The notes under the pieces are model-generated. The model was not told where the DNA came from and did no database searches. It was given only the letters and a program-made list of their open reading frames with translations. The position numbers were made by a program, and so were the translations under genes. A DNA stretch of 61,128 bases, counting the filler, from Globobulimina sp. (lineage: Eukaryota), in NCBI GenBank assembly GCA_003354225.1. It is 13 parts of 13 records of this genome, joined end to end, with 100 filler letters (N's around TTAATTAATTAA, not from the genome) between each part and the next. Parts side by side here need not be neighbours in the genome. Positions count along the whole stretch, not along the records: positions 23,564 to 28,174 come from PIVH01001065.1; positions 28,275 to 32,884 come from PIVH01001066.1; positions 32,985 to 37,593 come from PIVH01001067.1; 10 more parts are not named here. The stretch is one strand, 5' to 3'. Shown piece after piece: positions 23,564 through 36,163 of the stretch. Position 1 is the first letter of the stretch. Each line of letters starts with the position of its first letter.

Positions 23564-26500
23564 TGGGTACAAGTCAGACAATAAAGAGTCGAACAAATGT
23601 GTAAAGTACGAGTTGAGTACTACTGAATATACAAATTGCGCAAATATGCCGGGTAAGTTACGTGGCGCAGAAGCAGTGTGCATTGGTGATGGCAAAATCG
23701 CAGTGTGTGGCACGTATCCGACGGGTGATAGTTTATGGCTTTATGACGAGAATGCAGATTCGTGGGAAGTTATCAAAAAACCAGAGAAAACGGGTTGGGA
23801 AGCGTCGATTGCTGTGGATTGTAACGGCAATTTGCATGTTTTGGGTGGTTTACAGGGTCATGACCATCATTTGCGATATGACTTTGAGAGGAAAGAATGG
23901 AAGAAATTGAAGGGGTTCCCAGAGCCGCGAATCTGTGGTGGTTTGGTCACCGGTCCTGATGGACAGTTGTATCAATTTGCTGGTACAAATTCGAGAGAAA
24001 ATAAGAAAGTTTCGGATAAAATGTATAAGTATGACGATGACGCAGATGAATGGAAAGAGTGTGCTGCGTTGCCGAGAGCATTGGTGCAATTTGCATATTG
24101 TAATACCGGTGATCAGATTGTAGTGTTTGGCGGAGGCAAAACTTATGGAAATGACGTGTCTCCACAATATGATAGAGTTTACGTTTACAGTTTTTTTAGC
24201 AATGAATGGATTGAATCCGCAGTGGTTATGCCGAAGAAAAATAGGGAATTTGTGGCGGTTTGTGTCGGTGATGAAATACACCTATTTGGCGGCAGTGCTG
24301 ATAGCAAAAAACAAAGTGGTCATTATATTGTCCGGTCGCCAGACAGTGGCGCTGTCAGTGATGGTGTCAAAGGGCAGAAAAGCATGCGTAGAGTGGCTGG
24401 GAAATCGGTGAAAATTCCAGTTGATTTTAATAAAGCAATCATCCGAGATTTCGAAGACGGTTCGTATGAGCTCCAAACTACCATCAATGAATCTGGTTTA
24501 TTTTATTTGCGTGTGTTGGTGAATGAACATCCAATCCTTGGCTCGCCCTTTAAAGTGGATGTTGAATCATCGTTTGATGACATTATTGCGTACGGCACGG
24601 ATGGAGAGTGTGTCTATGTGGAGGATTGTAAGATGGATTGGTATTACATTTCAAATAATATACAACAGATATGGAAGGATACGAAATGCGCCTTTCAAGG
24701 CAGGAAATCGGCGAATATTGAAGTTAAACCTACTGTGTATGATAGCAAATGGAAGGAAATGTGCTGTATATTTATACCAAATAATATATGGATTGCGAAT
24801 TTCGCAAATACTATGGATGTGAGCATGTGCGCGATTACCAATGAAGGCAGAAACTTATATAAAGCAGTTAAATGTGTTAAAATTGATGACGAATTTGATG
24901 AAATAAAAGAGGAGGATGAGGAAGAAAAGAAGGACGATGAGAAAAAAGAAGAAAAAGAGAGAAAAAAAGTGGTCAGAAAGATTTGTTATTTTTCGCGAGA
25001 TTTAGAAAAATATTTTAATTTTGGTCTTTCGGATCAAGAATGGAGACCGCCCGCTGATATTGAAGAGAAAAAAGAAGAGCTTGAAGAAGACCAACAAATT
25101 AAAGTTGGGGTTCAATTTAAAATGGGTAATATTTATTATATGATCGAAGCAATGGATAAGGATAATAATACTATAAAATGTAAACAATGTGGTGATATTA
25201 ATAATGAATTCCCCGATGTTATATATTTAAAACAAAATCAATTGAAATATGTCACCATTACTGCGCACAAAATGGACATTATTAACATCGGAGTGGAGTT
25301 TAAAATGGCTGATATTTGTTATGTGATTGAGAGCATTGGCGATCATATTAAATGTAAACAATGCGGTGATATTAACAAAGAATTCCCAGAGATTATTTAC
25401 TTAAAAGATAATCAGTTAAAATACGTTGTCATTATAGATAAAGATGGAGATAACGCCGAGACAAAAGAAGATAAAACAGACGATATAGACGAAGATGAAG
25501 AGGACAAACCGGATCCATTTGAAACGAAACCATTCTCCTTATCCATCAATAATGATTCAAAAATAGCCATGCCAAACATAACCAGTTTGATCTATAAATT
25601 GGTCGAATCAGACCAGAAGGACAATACTGACGACCTTATACTCACCCAAAACCTGGTAAAATATGTGAAAGAAAATAAAATCCCGATCAACATTGGAGAT
25701 ACAATGATGAACAAGTATGAAATCGTGGAAATCCGCGATTGCGATGATCTCATATTGCCATTTGGCGCAATTAGCGACAAAACAGAGATTCAATACGATC
25801 CATTGCGCGCTAATATATCTGCAGCCGATTGCTGTACAAAATTTGAGATTTTAGATATCATGGAATTAGAACCTATCTTAAAAAAAGAGCAAATCGAGAA
25901 AAAAGAAGAGATCGCCAGTATCGTAGAAGAAAAGAAAAAGACACTGCCCGAATGGTACATCACTTTACGCGGAATCCGACCCGGTTTACCCATGAAATTA
26001 TACGCCATCGCGTACCGCGAGAAAGAGAAGAATATGGAACAAGCATTGAATTGGTTGTTAGACAAAGCTGACCAATATGTTGCAGAACATATTAAAGAAT
26101 TTGAGGAATTGAATGGTAAAAACAAAAATGCTGCAGGTTGGACCTGCCAATTTTGTACATTTATCAACCGCGGAGCCGGCACCAATTGCGAGATGTGTCG
26201 GTCTGCCAAACCAGAGGATGAATGTCCGGATTATTTGGATGAAAATCATTCATTTTGGAAAAAGAAAGCAGCGGAGGAAAAGGGCAAAATTGCAATTGTG
26301 GAAGCGGAGGAAGTTACGGATGAATTGCTATTTGGCGGTGTGCCATATTGTGGAAACGAGTTAATATCGCCGGATAAGTCGAGCATCAAACCGGATAAAT
26401 TATTATTAATGGTGTTGCCCAAACCTGTGGCCTATTCACCCTCTGCCAATACGCCCGCAGCTCGGAGGGCAGTGCGCTATGTATTTGCTGCATTGCTGCG

Positions 26501-27354
26501 CCATCACGGGGTGGTATCGGAGGCGATTACTTGCGTCAATTTCTTGGAAACGTTTGGTGCTTTGCAAGTGGAGAAGAGTTCCCATCCGTTATTGAACGAA
26601 TTGGCGAGATTATGGGATGTTGCATTGGCTTTGAAACATGAATTAGCGGCACAATACGATGACGGTATAGATAAAGGCAAAAGTATGAATAAATCGGGCG
26701 GCAAAGCGGAGTATGACGGCGTTGGCAATTCGTTAAAACCGAAAATCAAAAACGATTTTAAGCAACGATCGGATGACGATATCCGTAGAGAATTAATTAA
26801 ATTTAAGCTTAAGATATTGCCCGATGCCCGCGAGGAGATGGAGGAAAAGCTAATGCATTTCAGATTGGACTCTGCCATTCGCGGTACTCGATGCTGTTGT
26901 GGTTCCCGTATGTTACGGATGGTGGCGAGGGATATTTATGGCAGTGGCTTATACTGCGATATATGTGGCACGCCGGTATGTGGCACATTGTTAGCGTATC
27001 ATTGTCCGTCTGACAAAGTTGCAGCCCATCCCAATGGCTATGACGTTTGCATGGATTGTGTCCATAAACAATGGTCGATTGACGAGAACAACAAAAGTAA
27101 ATCCAAATTATCACAAAAAGATGATCCCTATACGCATTTGGCACAGATAGCAGTGGAGAAAATCACATTATTATTCCGATTGTATCCGGCAAATAAAGAT
27201 TTTGGATCATCGGTGCGTACTTTGACCCGCATGACTTATGACGAACCGCCCTCTGCGCCAACAGTGCGATTCCAATCAAGTATAAAACATAAATACCAGA
27301 CGCAAGCAAATATATTCACGCCCTCCAAAGTGCCCCCCTCCAATTCTGATACCA
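23564..27354 (+). CDS. Large eukaryotic multidomain protein fragment: Kelch repeats, filamin-like Ig, UBA-like, RanBP2 zinc finger, Cys-rich module; possibly an E3 ligase
   Basis: GG...W Kelch repeats; DGSY...HPILGSPFKV; NMEQALNWLL; WTCQFCTFIN...CEMC. Confidence 0.8.
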
Positions 27355-28174
27355 CAGCACCTGCGCCACCGCAAAGTAAAGGTGCCCGGGGATTTCCTGG
27401 TCCAGTTTGCAATTAGCGTAAAGCGCTCGCGCCAGCGGTGGGGCTTCAAAAATTTCGATATCGTGAAACGCGGCAATCTCCCTGATCTTCAGGGCGATCA
27501 AATCCTTTCCCATCGCCAGTACCAGGGGCGCGGCCATGCTGTCGTGATGATATTTCAGCGCCACTGCGTAGTGCGTCGGGTTGGTAATAATGACGTCGGC
27601 CTCAGGCACCGCTTCCATCATCCGCCGTTGCGCCATTTCCTGTTGTAGCTGTCTGACCTTGGATTTGACTTCAGGCTTACCCTCGGTGTCTTTCATTTCA
27701 TCGCGCACTTCCTGCAGGGTCATCTTCAGTTTTTGCGAGTGATCCCAAAGCTGGAAGGGTACGTCGATTGCGGCTATCAGAACCAGGGTCGAAGACACCA
27801 CCAGGAAGCTGACACCCAGTAACCAGGCACCGTTTTCCAGCGCCAGTGCCAACGACTGCGACCCCAGCCCGAGAAACTCATCGGCCTTGCTCCACAGAAA
27901 TGTAACCGCGACTACAGATACCACCCGGAACTTGGCCACAGACTTAACCAATCACACCCGACCCTTCGACGAAAATATGCGCTTGAAACCACTCAACGGG
28001 TTTATGCGGTCCGCCTTGAGGGCCAGTGCATCGAAGCTGAATGACCAGCCACCGATTGCCAATGGTGTGAATATCGCGACCACCGTCATCAGAAACATGA
28101 ACGGGCCGATCGCAGTCAGGGCTTCGGAGAGTGCTAGCGCAAATTTTTCGAACAGACGGTGAACTTTTTGCAAG
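27355..28174 (-). CDS. flhB: Bacterial flagellar export protein FlhB fragment (in-frame TGA at 27952-27954; both ends truncated)
   Basis: LKMTLQEVRDEMKDTEGKPEVK, ADVIITNPTHYAVALKY, PPLARALY; GC-rich relative to the rest of the contig. Confidence 0.93.
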
Positions 28175-28274
28175 NNNNNNNNNNNNNNNNNNNNNNNNNN
28201 NNNNNNNNNNNNNNNNNNTTAATTAATTAANNNNNNNNNNNNNNNNNNNNNNNNNNNNNNNNNNNNNNNNNNNN

Positions 28275-30976
28275 GATGTAATACTTTGTTTTTTGATTAA
28301 CTGTGTACCAATGTTTCTTGTGGGTTTGTCCAAAAGCACATCTACATTTGTAGTCACTAACGGTTTAATCATCCTGTAACCATCAAGGCTAAGCTTCATA
28401 GAGTCTTGGTTGTTGAATCTGCTAGCCAGATCCGTATATCTTCCTTGACCATCAAAGGAATCTCTGGTGTAAATGCCACCAATTAAAAATTCTCTTGGAT
28501 CAAAGGCATCAGTAGTATCTGGTTCTGTTGCTGCAAGAAGCGTGCTGATTCCTGGCACACCTTTGAATGGCTTGCCTGGAAGCTTGCCTTGCTGAGAAAA
28601 TACATACTCTTTTCTTGGCTGTACTAAATCATCAATAATTCTAATGTTATCTCGCCTGTCTGCCATCCAAATACCAAAGGCATAATCACCCTCTGTAAGA
28701 TTTAGAATGTTTATAGCTGGATGTCTATTTATGATTAATTTCAGCCAAAACGCAAAAGCTTGAATCGGATAATAATCCTCAGATTGTGGACCAAACCAAC
28801 TCTCAACTCCAAAGTGATCTCTGAACATATTGTTAAAGTCAAAAGTTGGCAAAGTAATATCAGATCCTGCTGAACCACTCCCAAGAAATTTAGAATCGTC
28901 TTGTCCAGTTAATGGCCAAAGACTGTGAAAATTAAATCCAATGTAATAGCTGTTTATTTGTGCTAATGTAATTGGTGCAGTAGTGTTTCTTTGTTCTGAC
29001 TTTATGAAAACAGCAGAATTACTATCTATATCATCATCTAAAATTTCTTCGTTTCCCATGTCTATATTATGGCTAACAGAATCCCATGCTACTGAATGGG
29101 CACATTGTGGGATTGCATCAGTATTGAAAATACCAAATGCAGTTAATGCAATATCAATTAGGAAATAAGCACCCTTAACCCAAGTAGTAGCTCTTGGTGC
29201 TGCACCTCCAATAACAAATACACAAGCTCCACTATCATCAACACCTCTATCAGCCAAAGGTCCAAACGTATTTGGCACACAGGGATTTTTTATCCATTGA
29301 ACACCTTCTTCCCAATCAAAAACTTCTTGATCAGTTGCTAAGACTTTGGATTTGAAAACCACCCATTCTCCTACTCCATCAAGATCAGTATCAATCCATT
29401 CTACAATGTTACCACCTAATACTACACCATTTTTGTCAAGTATTCCAGGACCCCATGGACCACTAAGAGGAGCATTTCCTGTAGCAGGATCTATTGCTAG
29501 AACTCTATAAGCATCAGGAATATCTACACCAGCAATTTTATGAATAGATGGAATGTTTGTAGGATTGTTCGTAACTATTCTTACGTGCGTACGTGGGTGA
29601 TTTGCATCATCAATTATTACATTGGGATCAATCATTTTCACTTTTCCCTTGTTGTCATCTAATACGCCTCCATCTGCATATTTCGAAGCTGCAAGTGCAT
29701 TTACCCAAGCTTGAGCATTTGCTTTGGTTAAAGGAGAATAGTCAACTGCTGGAGCATAAAATATCCTAGTCCAAAAGTCGCTGTCTGGTGGACCATTATC
29801 AGGTGAAGCATCTGACACATGAGCCTGAATACATTTCCATGAAATGTTTAATCTTCTAACCAAATCATTTACAGAATAGGCAATAGATCCAGCATTCCAT
29901 ATTGCAGGCTTTACGAATAATCTTTGAATCCAAAAGCCAGCATTAGGTGGTTGATTTGCTCCACTAGAAAGATGATCTGTAATACATTCATAGGTTAAAT
30001 TGTTCTCTCTTACAAGATTGCCAAAAAAGTAATTCTGACCACTAGCCCAATCCTTTGCACTATCAAAAACATTTTTGGCACCATGGTACTGTGCCCAATC
30101 AACAGGATAACTCCCTGAATTTTTATCAGCTATAAGTTGCAAGTTCGTAGCAAGTTCTGGATCTTCGTCTGAATCAGTGGATAATACGTTGGTTGGTGGT
30201 GTATTGCCACTAAGTAAAGGCTGGTGGATTAATGTAACGTTTGGAATATTTGTTAAATTGCCTCCACCATCATCCTGAAAACCTTGAGGGATTGCCTGGA
30301 CTTGAACAGTGTTTAGATCAACATCGCTTGGTGCATCATGGTTATATTTTGATTTGAATCGAATAAAGACAGCCTCAAAACTTCCTCCTCCCTCTATTGG
30401 CTGCTGCTCAATTTCTGAAATTTCATTAAATGCAGTTTGTAATTTTACAGCTTCAAAGATGTAATTGTTTGAAGTGTCCTGATCTAAGAAATTTCCAACC
30501 TTTCTAACTGTGTCCTGAGCTGGCACTTCAATAACTGGATCTAATGATCCTGTATTCTGTGGAACATTTAGTTGATCTACAATTTTATTAACTGCATCAA
30601 AGCCCGATGTTCTTCTGGCAACTAACCCGATAGTTCTTTTCCATAAATTATCTGATTGATGAGGACAAAACAAAGTAAGCTGTTTATTTTTGCCTGGCTT
30701 CCTAGAACGTTTTATTGTCTTAACATGGAAAACATCCTCAATTATGTTACCTCTTGCATCTGTTATCCTAACGTAAATTTTATCGAATTTTACAATAATT
30801 GGTGCTACTGTCATGTACTTGCCATAAGCAGAGTTTAAAGTAATTTTACAGCTTTGTGGCAAGCCATCTGTATATTCTATTGTACTCCAAGATCCAGACA
30901 AATCATTATCAGCTTCCCCCTCTCTTTTTAGAATTACAGTTACTTCTGTGTAAGGAGTGAAATTTGGAGTACTCAA
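28275..30976 (-). CDS. Tail hub/tip-like protein with two CBM5/12 (chitin-binding type 3)-like repeats (3' partial)
   Basis: WASGQNYFFGNLVRENNLTYECITDH and WNAGSIAYSVNDLVRRLNISWKCIQAH. Confidence 0.65.
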
Positions 30977-31509
30977 ATATCAAGGCCTCTACTTCTTCTA
31001 AAGGTAAGTGTTATCTCTACTCTGTTTCTATTGTAATCATTTACCTTATCAAAATTCTCAAAAATCATCCCAATTGCAGTATCTCCAGTTCCAATTGGTG
31101 TCAAGTCGTTATCTGTATCTGATGAATCAATAAAACCAAATCTTCCAGCTTCCCAAACTCCAAGAATTGCTTGTGCTTCTTCTTTCCATGTTCTAAGTTT
31201 TGCAATTATTGCATTATTTCCATCATCTGCATTTCCTCTCATATTAGAAATGAATCCTTTAAGCTGGTAAGTTCCCTCAACAATTCCTAAAGGTTGAACA
31301 TTACCATCTGGCTTTTCTGCTGCTTGATTGTTTCCAATTCCCTCTGGATCTCCTCTTGTCAGTGTTAGAAGATATGCACCCTCTTTCCCAGTATCTTTAA
31401 AATCTCCTGCTGCTGGATCATTGAATAAAATAAAATCAGTAGTTGGTGTATCAGGTGCAGCAGTTAATCTGTAAATTCTAAAGGATTTTGCAACTAAACT
31501 AGCACCCAT
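30973..31509 (-). CDS. Putative distal-tail-like virion protein
   Basis: 178 aa, beta-rich; assigned from gene position. Confidence 0.4.
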   Translation of the reverse strand: MGASLVAKSFRIYRLTAAPDTPTTDFILFNDPAAGDFKDTGKEGAYLLTLTRGDPEGIGNNQAAEKPDGNVQPLGIVEGTYQLKGFISNMRGNADDGNNAIIAKLRTWKEEAQAILGVWEAGRFGFIDSSDTDNDLTPIGTGDTAIGMIFENFDKVNDYNRNRVEITLTFRRSRGLDI

Positions 31510-32061
31510 TTAATCAACTCCTTGTGTGTTTGTTATCTGATATTCATTTTCTATACGCTGCTGGTTTTCATTAAATTCTCTAAATGTGTTATACGCATCA
31601 CGAGGTTCTGCACTTCCAGCTTGAGTTGTAATGATAGTTTGTGTAAGGCCAGCTTGTATTCTTGCAGTTTCTTCTTTTGCCCTGAACTTGTTTATCCTAT
31701 CATCAACGTTATCAACAAACTCTGCTTGGAAATTATTTACCTTTTGTACAAATGCTGCAATTACACCAGTGATTAAAAGAGCTGTACCAATGAATGGGAT
31801 TAGCTTTGTTACTTGACCTTGAACAAAACCTAATGGGTTTGAACCAACACTGACAAGATTTGAGAATGTTTCCCTACCAAATGCTTTTTTCAGTCCTTCC
31901 TCTTTCTGAGTTTTACTGGCTGTTTGTTGTCCAGGTATTGGTGCTCTTGCTCCAGATTCCTCTAAAGATTCAATTATGTTACCTACCTGATCATCAATAC
32001 GCCTTAGAGATTCAGGTGTAAGCTTTGTCAAGTCAATTTCTAAAACTTTGTCTACTGCCAT
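31510..32061 (-). CDS. Helical protein with a central hydrophobic segment; candidate short tape measure
   Basis: 183 aa; KLIPFIGTALLITGVIAAFV; gene position. Confidence 0.4.
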   Translation of the reverse strand: MAVDKVLEIDLTKLTPESLRRIDDQVGNIIESLEESGARAPIPGQQTASKTQKEEGLKKAFGRETFSNLVSVGSNPLGFVQGQVTKLIPFIGTALLITGVIAAFVQKVNNFQAEFVDNVDDRINKFRAKEETARIQAGLTQTIITTQAGSAEPRDAYNTFREFNENQQRIENEYQITNTQGVD

Positions 32062-32062
32062 G

Positions 32063-32569
32063 TTATACTCCCAAAATCTTTGTAGCTTCTTCTGCTAGAT
32101 TCTCTCCATACATAGATACAGCACTATTCTCATTTTCTTTGATTGTCTTTTCAATTATCAATAATCTCTCAATACCTGAAACCTCATGGCCTTTTGAATA
32201 TGCAATAGATCCATCTGGTGCCTCCCATCTCAAAACTCCACCTTTCTTTTTTGGCCTGATAATATGGTCTATTGTTCCCTCCTCCCTAGCATTAGATACA
32301 TCAAATCCAGTATCTGATTCATAGTCTGAAATGTAATGGATTTGGGCTTTGCCTGATGATACAAGTATAGGACCTACAAAAGTTGCATCAATAATTTTAT
32401 CAGAGAAATCATTTACCCTCATTTTGGTTTTTATCTCATCTAATACATCATCATTGGCAAAATTCGTTAGTGCCTTTTTCTGAATGAAATCAAAAGAAGC
32501 TTCAAGTGTTTTCAATTTGTTTCTAAAACTTTTCAGTTCAGCCAAATTTCTTATGACCAAACGTGCCAT
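32063..32569 (-). CDS. HK97 gp10-like tail-completion/neck protein
   Basis: AREEGTIDHIIRPKKKGGVLRW...KGHEVSG. Confidence 0.55.
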   Translation of the reverse strand: MARLVIRNLAELKSFRNKLKTLEASFDFIQKKALTNFANDDVLDEIKTKMRVNDFSDKIIDATFVGPILVSSGKAQIHYISDYESDTGFDVSNAREEGTIDHIIRPKKKGGVLRWEAPDGSIAYSKGHEVSGIERLLIIEKTIKENENSAVSMYGENLAEEATKILGV

Positions 32570-32884
32570 CTATGAAGCTGTCCTGGTAACAGAAGTTATC
32601 TCTGTGATTTCTCCGTTAACTGTAAACTCATGGACACCAGTTTCCTCAGTTCTATCCAAAGGTGCTGACATTATTCTGCCATTGTATTGTATTTTTGCAA
32701 ACTTGTTTCCTGCACTATCTGGTGCTTTCATGGTAGCTAAAAATGTAACAATTGGTGGTTTACCCAAAGCTATCTGAGTGGCCCACCAAGCATAAGTTGT
32801 AGGATCTACTGCACTACCTGGATCATAAAAATCAACAGTGTTTTTTGTGTTAAATGAAAATGAACCTAGTATATCGGATTTTTT
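32570..32884 (-). CDS. Putative tail tube protein, C-terminal part
   Basis: Open frame from the contig edge: KSDILGSFSFNT...KIQYNGRIMS...HEFTVNGEI. Confidence 0.45.
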   Translation of the reverse strand, partial: KKSDILGSFSFNTKNTVDFYDPGSAVDPTTYAWWATQIALGKPPIVTFLATMKAPDSAGNKFAKIQYNGRIMSAPLDRTEETGVHEFTVNGEITEITSVTRTAS

Positions 32885-32984
32885 NNNNNNNNNNNNNNNN
32901 NNNNNNNNNNNNNNNNNNNNNNNNNNNNTTAATTAATTAANNNNNNNNNNNNNNNNNNNNNNNNNNNNNNNNNNNNNNNNNNNN

Positions 32985-33161
32985 TATATCCTTCTTCTTC
33001 TCCGCTGTAAAATGTATTTGTTGATTCTGCTCAATTTTATCAACAATGGAATTAATATCATTTGGATTATTTACTGTTTGCATTGCTAATTCAATTTCTT
33101 TCTCATTATATCCAAATTGAATCAATTGCTGCATTATTATATCTGCATTTACGTCGTTCAT
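32985..33161 (-). CDS. UBA-like N-terminus of a truncated eukaryotic protein
   Basis: MQQLIQFGYNEKEIELAM...DINSIVDKI. Confidence 0.5.
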
Positions 33162-33369
33162 TGTCTTGTACTACAAATTGAAAATTATTCGGCTGCCATG
33201 CTCGCACTAGATATTAGCTACAGAGTTGGTACTCAAGATGTTAATTCGTGTGGATATGCGCCACAAAGCACACAAACTATGTTGAAAATGGCCTCAATTA
33301 ACGCACAATGTATTATTATTATTATAACTCGCGATCAAACATGTATACAAAAAGATATATTTTCTGTTT

Positions 33370-34255
33370 CTTTATCGGCTGTGTAGATTCTGCATCACTC
33401 TCTCCTTCAAACCTCGCATAAACACAGCTTGCATCCATCTCTTTGTAAACATATTCTTCTTAACAGCCCCATACAATCCGTTACAAATCCAATTCTTAGC
33501 AAGTACGCCATTAAACAACGCATAAAATCAAACACAAATTACCTTAACATCACTATGCGTGGCATACACCGGCATATCCCGTATAAATACGACCGTGTCA
33601 GCCTCGAAAGGATGATATTTTTTTTAATTTTCCATTCCGTTTCATCGTAAAAATACGAGCCATACAATCCACAGCGTATAACTCGCCCATTGTGCTGGAA
33701 AGTCATTTTTGCGAATTAACTCCGCGGCCAACTCACAACTCACAAACTCCACAGCACAGCACAGCTGCTTCCAAAACGCAGTCAACTCAGATCAGTCAGT
33801 CCGAGGATGGAAACCTTTCGCAAAGATGCTTCGTCGATAAATGTCTTGCTTTATGGGAGGAGCAGCCATCGACGGATGCCGTTCAATATTGCAATTTGCC
33901 ATTCAATATTGCAATTTTGCTGATGACTCAATACTTTTCCTTAGCGTTTTTGCACTGTCGGTCAAGCCAGATAGGGGATAATAGCCGGCGTTCCTTGGCA
34001 TCTTTGCTGTCACCAAAATAATATTCAATTAAGTTGAGCTTGCACTTTTTGGATTGTTTCTTGATCCAATTCATCCAATTCATCATTATAGTTGTTGTTG
34101 TTTGGTGTTTCTTTTTGTTCGGTTTTGAATGTTGTTTGGACAGTTTTTGCATCGTTGGTTGATGCATCATTTGGTGTGGTGTCCGTGTCCATTAGTTTTG
34201 GTTGTTTGATTGCATGGCGGTGCTTCTTTTTTGACCAACGGTTGACACTTGACAT
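33370..34255 (-). pseudogene. La/SSB-like RNA-binding protein pseudogene
   Basis: Pieces in shifting frames: KVQAQ/IEYYFGDS (La motif), TLRKSIESS, RSIFAKGFHP (RRM1), TVVFIRDMP (RRM2); several stops and frameshifts. Confidence 0.7.
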
Positions 34256-34370
34256 GGTCGATAAAGATGTGAGTTTTTGTGTTTAAATGAAAACATGCTG
34301 TAACATCAAGAACTAAGTCCATTGATATTATAGCAAGAATGGCACAAAAAAAACAACGTAAAATACATCC

Positions 34371-36163
34371 TTATTTTATTACTTTCTTTTCATACATGGA
34401 CCACAATTTATGCACACTCACATCATGCAGCTGTTCCATTCGATTACCAACATTCCACACTTTTCGCACAGGATTCATCTCCATTTTTAACACAATATAT
34501 CCACCAACCAAGTCCTGCAAATATTCATTCAATGGAATCAATACATTCGGTTCATTATAATGTCCATAAAACCCCAACTCCAAAACCAATCCTTCGAGCT
34601 CATTATTTTTACTTTCATTCTCCTCAATTTCCAGTCCCAACACTTGTTTTTTTATATTAAACACATACTCGTCGGGTCGGAAGCGGTTCTCTTTCGCATT
34701 GATAACGCTCTGTGTTTGCGCACTTATTTTCTGACCATTACATTTCAAGTGAACTGCAGTAAATATCGTAGCATCAATACCGTCACTATCAACACCACAA
34801 ACCACTAATTCCATGAACTGATTCCCGTCAGCTTCAGCACCGATATTCGCCAATTTAATCTTTACAAAGCGGTGCAACATCCATTGAGGAATAGTAATAT
34901 CCAATTCCTCCATTAAACCAATCATAACATCATCGATTTTAGCAAATATACGCACGGCACACAAATCATCGCAATCTGTTTTCTGTAAGTTAACAATACA
35001 CAAATTATGCGTTGGTGCTTTGTCTGGATATTTAAGCGCAGATAAATGCCATTTGAAACCAACATTTTCCGGCAGGTTTTTAGCGGGCGTCACAGTTAAA
35101 GATGAGCCTAAAACTAAGCACAAATCTGCATTTTCATGGTGTTCCTCTGCTAAATGCAATGGAATTGCTGGCAACTTCTCATTGAAACTGACGATGGTAT
35201 CTCGTAACCTTCCTTTACAATTTGCAACGGTGCAATATCGACCTTACAGTTACAGCAAAGCGAACATATCCAGCAAACATTGTAATTTTGGAAGGGAAAA
35301 ACACCTGTTTTGTGGTCATGGACTGATTGCTTCCGCACTGATCCTCGGCATCTATAATCGCGTAAATATTCCTTTGCGCATTCCACACATATTTCTAATG
35401 CCGCATTTCCATGAAGTTCGCTCATTTGACAGGGCGGTATCCCTCAACAAATATAATATAATATTAATGTACAGATGCACCGCAACAGAAACATTAACAT
35501 AAACATACCGCTACGTCGATGCAAACCGTCTGTGTTTTGTGAGACTAAATATTTTAAATAGTTTGGTGGCTGCGTCATGAGCGCAACTAACGCCATATGC
35601 GAGGCACTCGGTGTGCTTTTAAATGAGCCTTTGCTTTTTCTCTTTGCTTTCTTAATTTGTCTGCCTTTCCCCTGTCTTATCGCAGTGAGTCTCGCCCATT
35701 GCCCAGCGCCTGTATCCAATGCGGTGTTTATCCCGGATCGATAGTCTGCGATGCCTGCAGCTGTCGAGATGCCTGAATATTATTTGTATTGTTAAATTGT
35801 CAAAGTATACGATGTATAAAGTTATACAGTTATTAAACCTGCTCCAGTAAAGGCAACAAAATGTTTTGATTTTTTGATCAATTGCGCTAATTTTTTGATT
35901 TTAATATTCAATGTGTCTGCAGCATCAAAGAATTCTTTACAGTCTGCCTCAGCGCGGGCATATCCATTGTGAGGTTTTGGTTTGCTTTGCGTCGATTGTT
36001 TTGAATACATTCGGGATGCTTTGATTATTTGTTTTTGGAGGGTATTGATTCCTGCTTCGAAATCAGCTTTGGTCGAATCAAAATTGGCTTCCATTGCGTC
36101 GATTCTTGCAAGCGTATCTTTCAAATTATACGATTGTGACTCAGTGGTTGGCTCTTGTGACAT
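34371..36163 (-). CDS. Class IV sirtuin (SIRT6/7-like), 4 exons
   Basis: FTGAG|ISTAAGIADYR, SQNTDGLHRRSG, ELHGN, CVEC, LGSSLTV, IVNLQKT. Confidence 0.92.

Larger units (their letters stand above)
28275..32884 (-). mobile_element. Tailed-virus morphogenesis module fragment
   Basis: Five abutting intronless ORFs on the minus strand; composition similar to 18853-23463. Confidence 0.75.

Noticed and set aside
27952-27954. In-frame TGA in flhB as recoding or an alternative genetic code
   Set aside because: The position is normally Glu (GLVEL), a nearby codon is also aberrant and Trp is TGG elsewhere; low-coverage error is more likely
27355-28174. Horizontal transfer of flhB into the eukaryote
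   Set aside because: Both genes are truncated at a microhomology with no amelioration; a chimera is more parsimonious
18853-32884. Viral contigs as endogenous elements of the eukaryote
   Set aside because: They are separate contigs with no host junction and prokaryotic gene organisation
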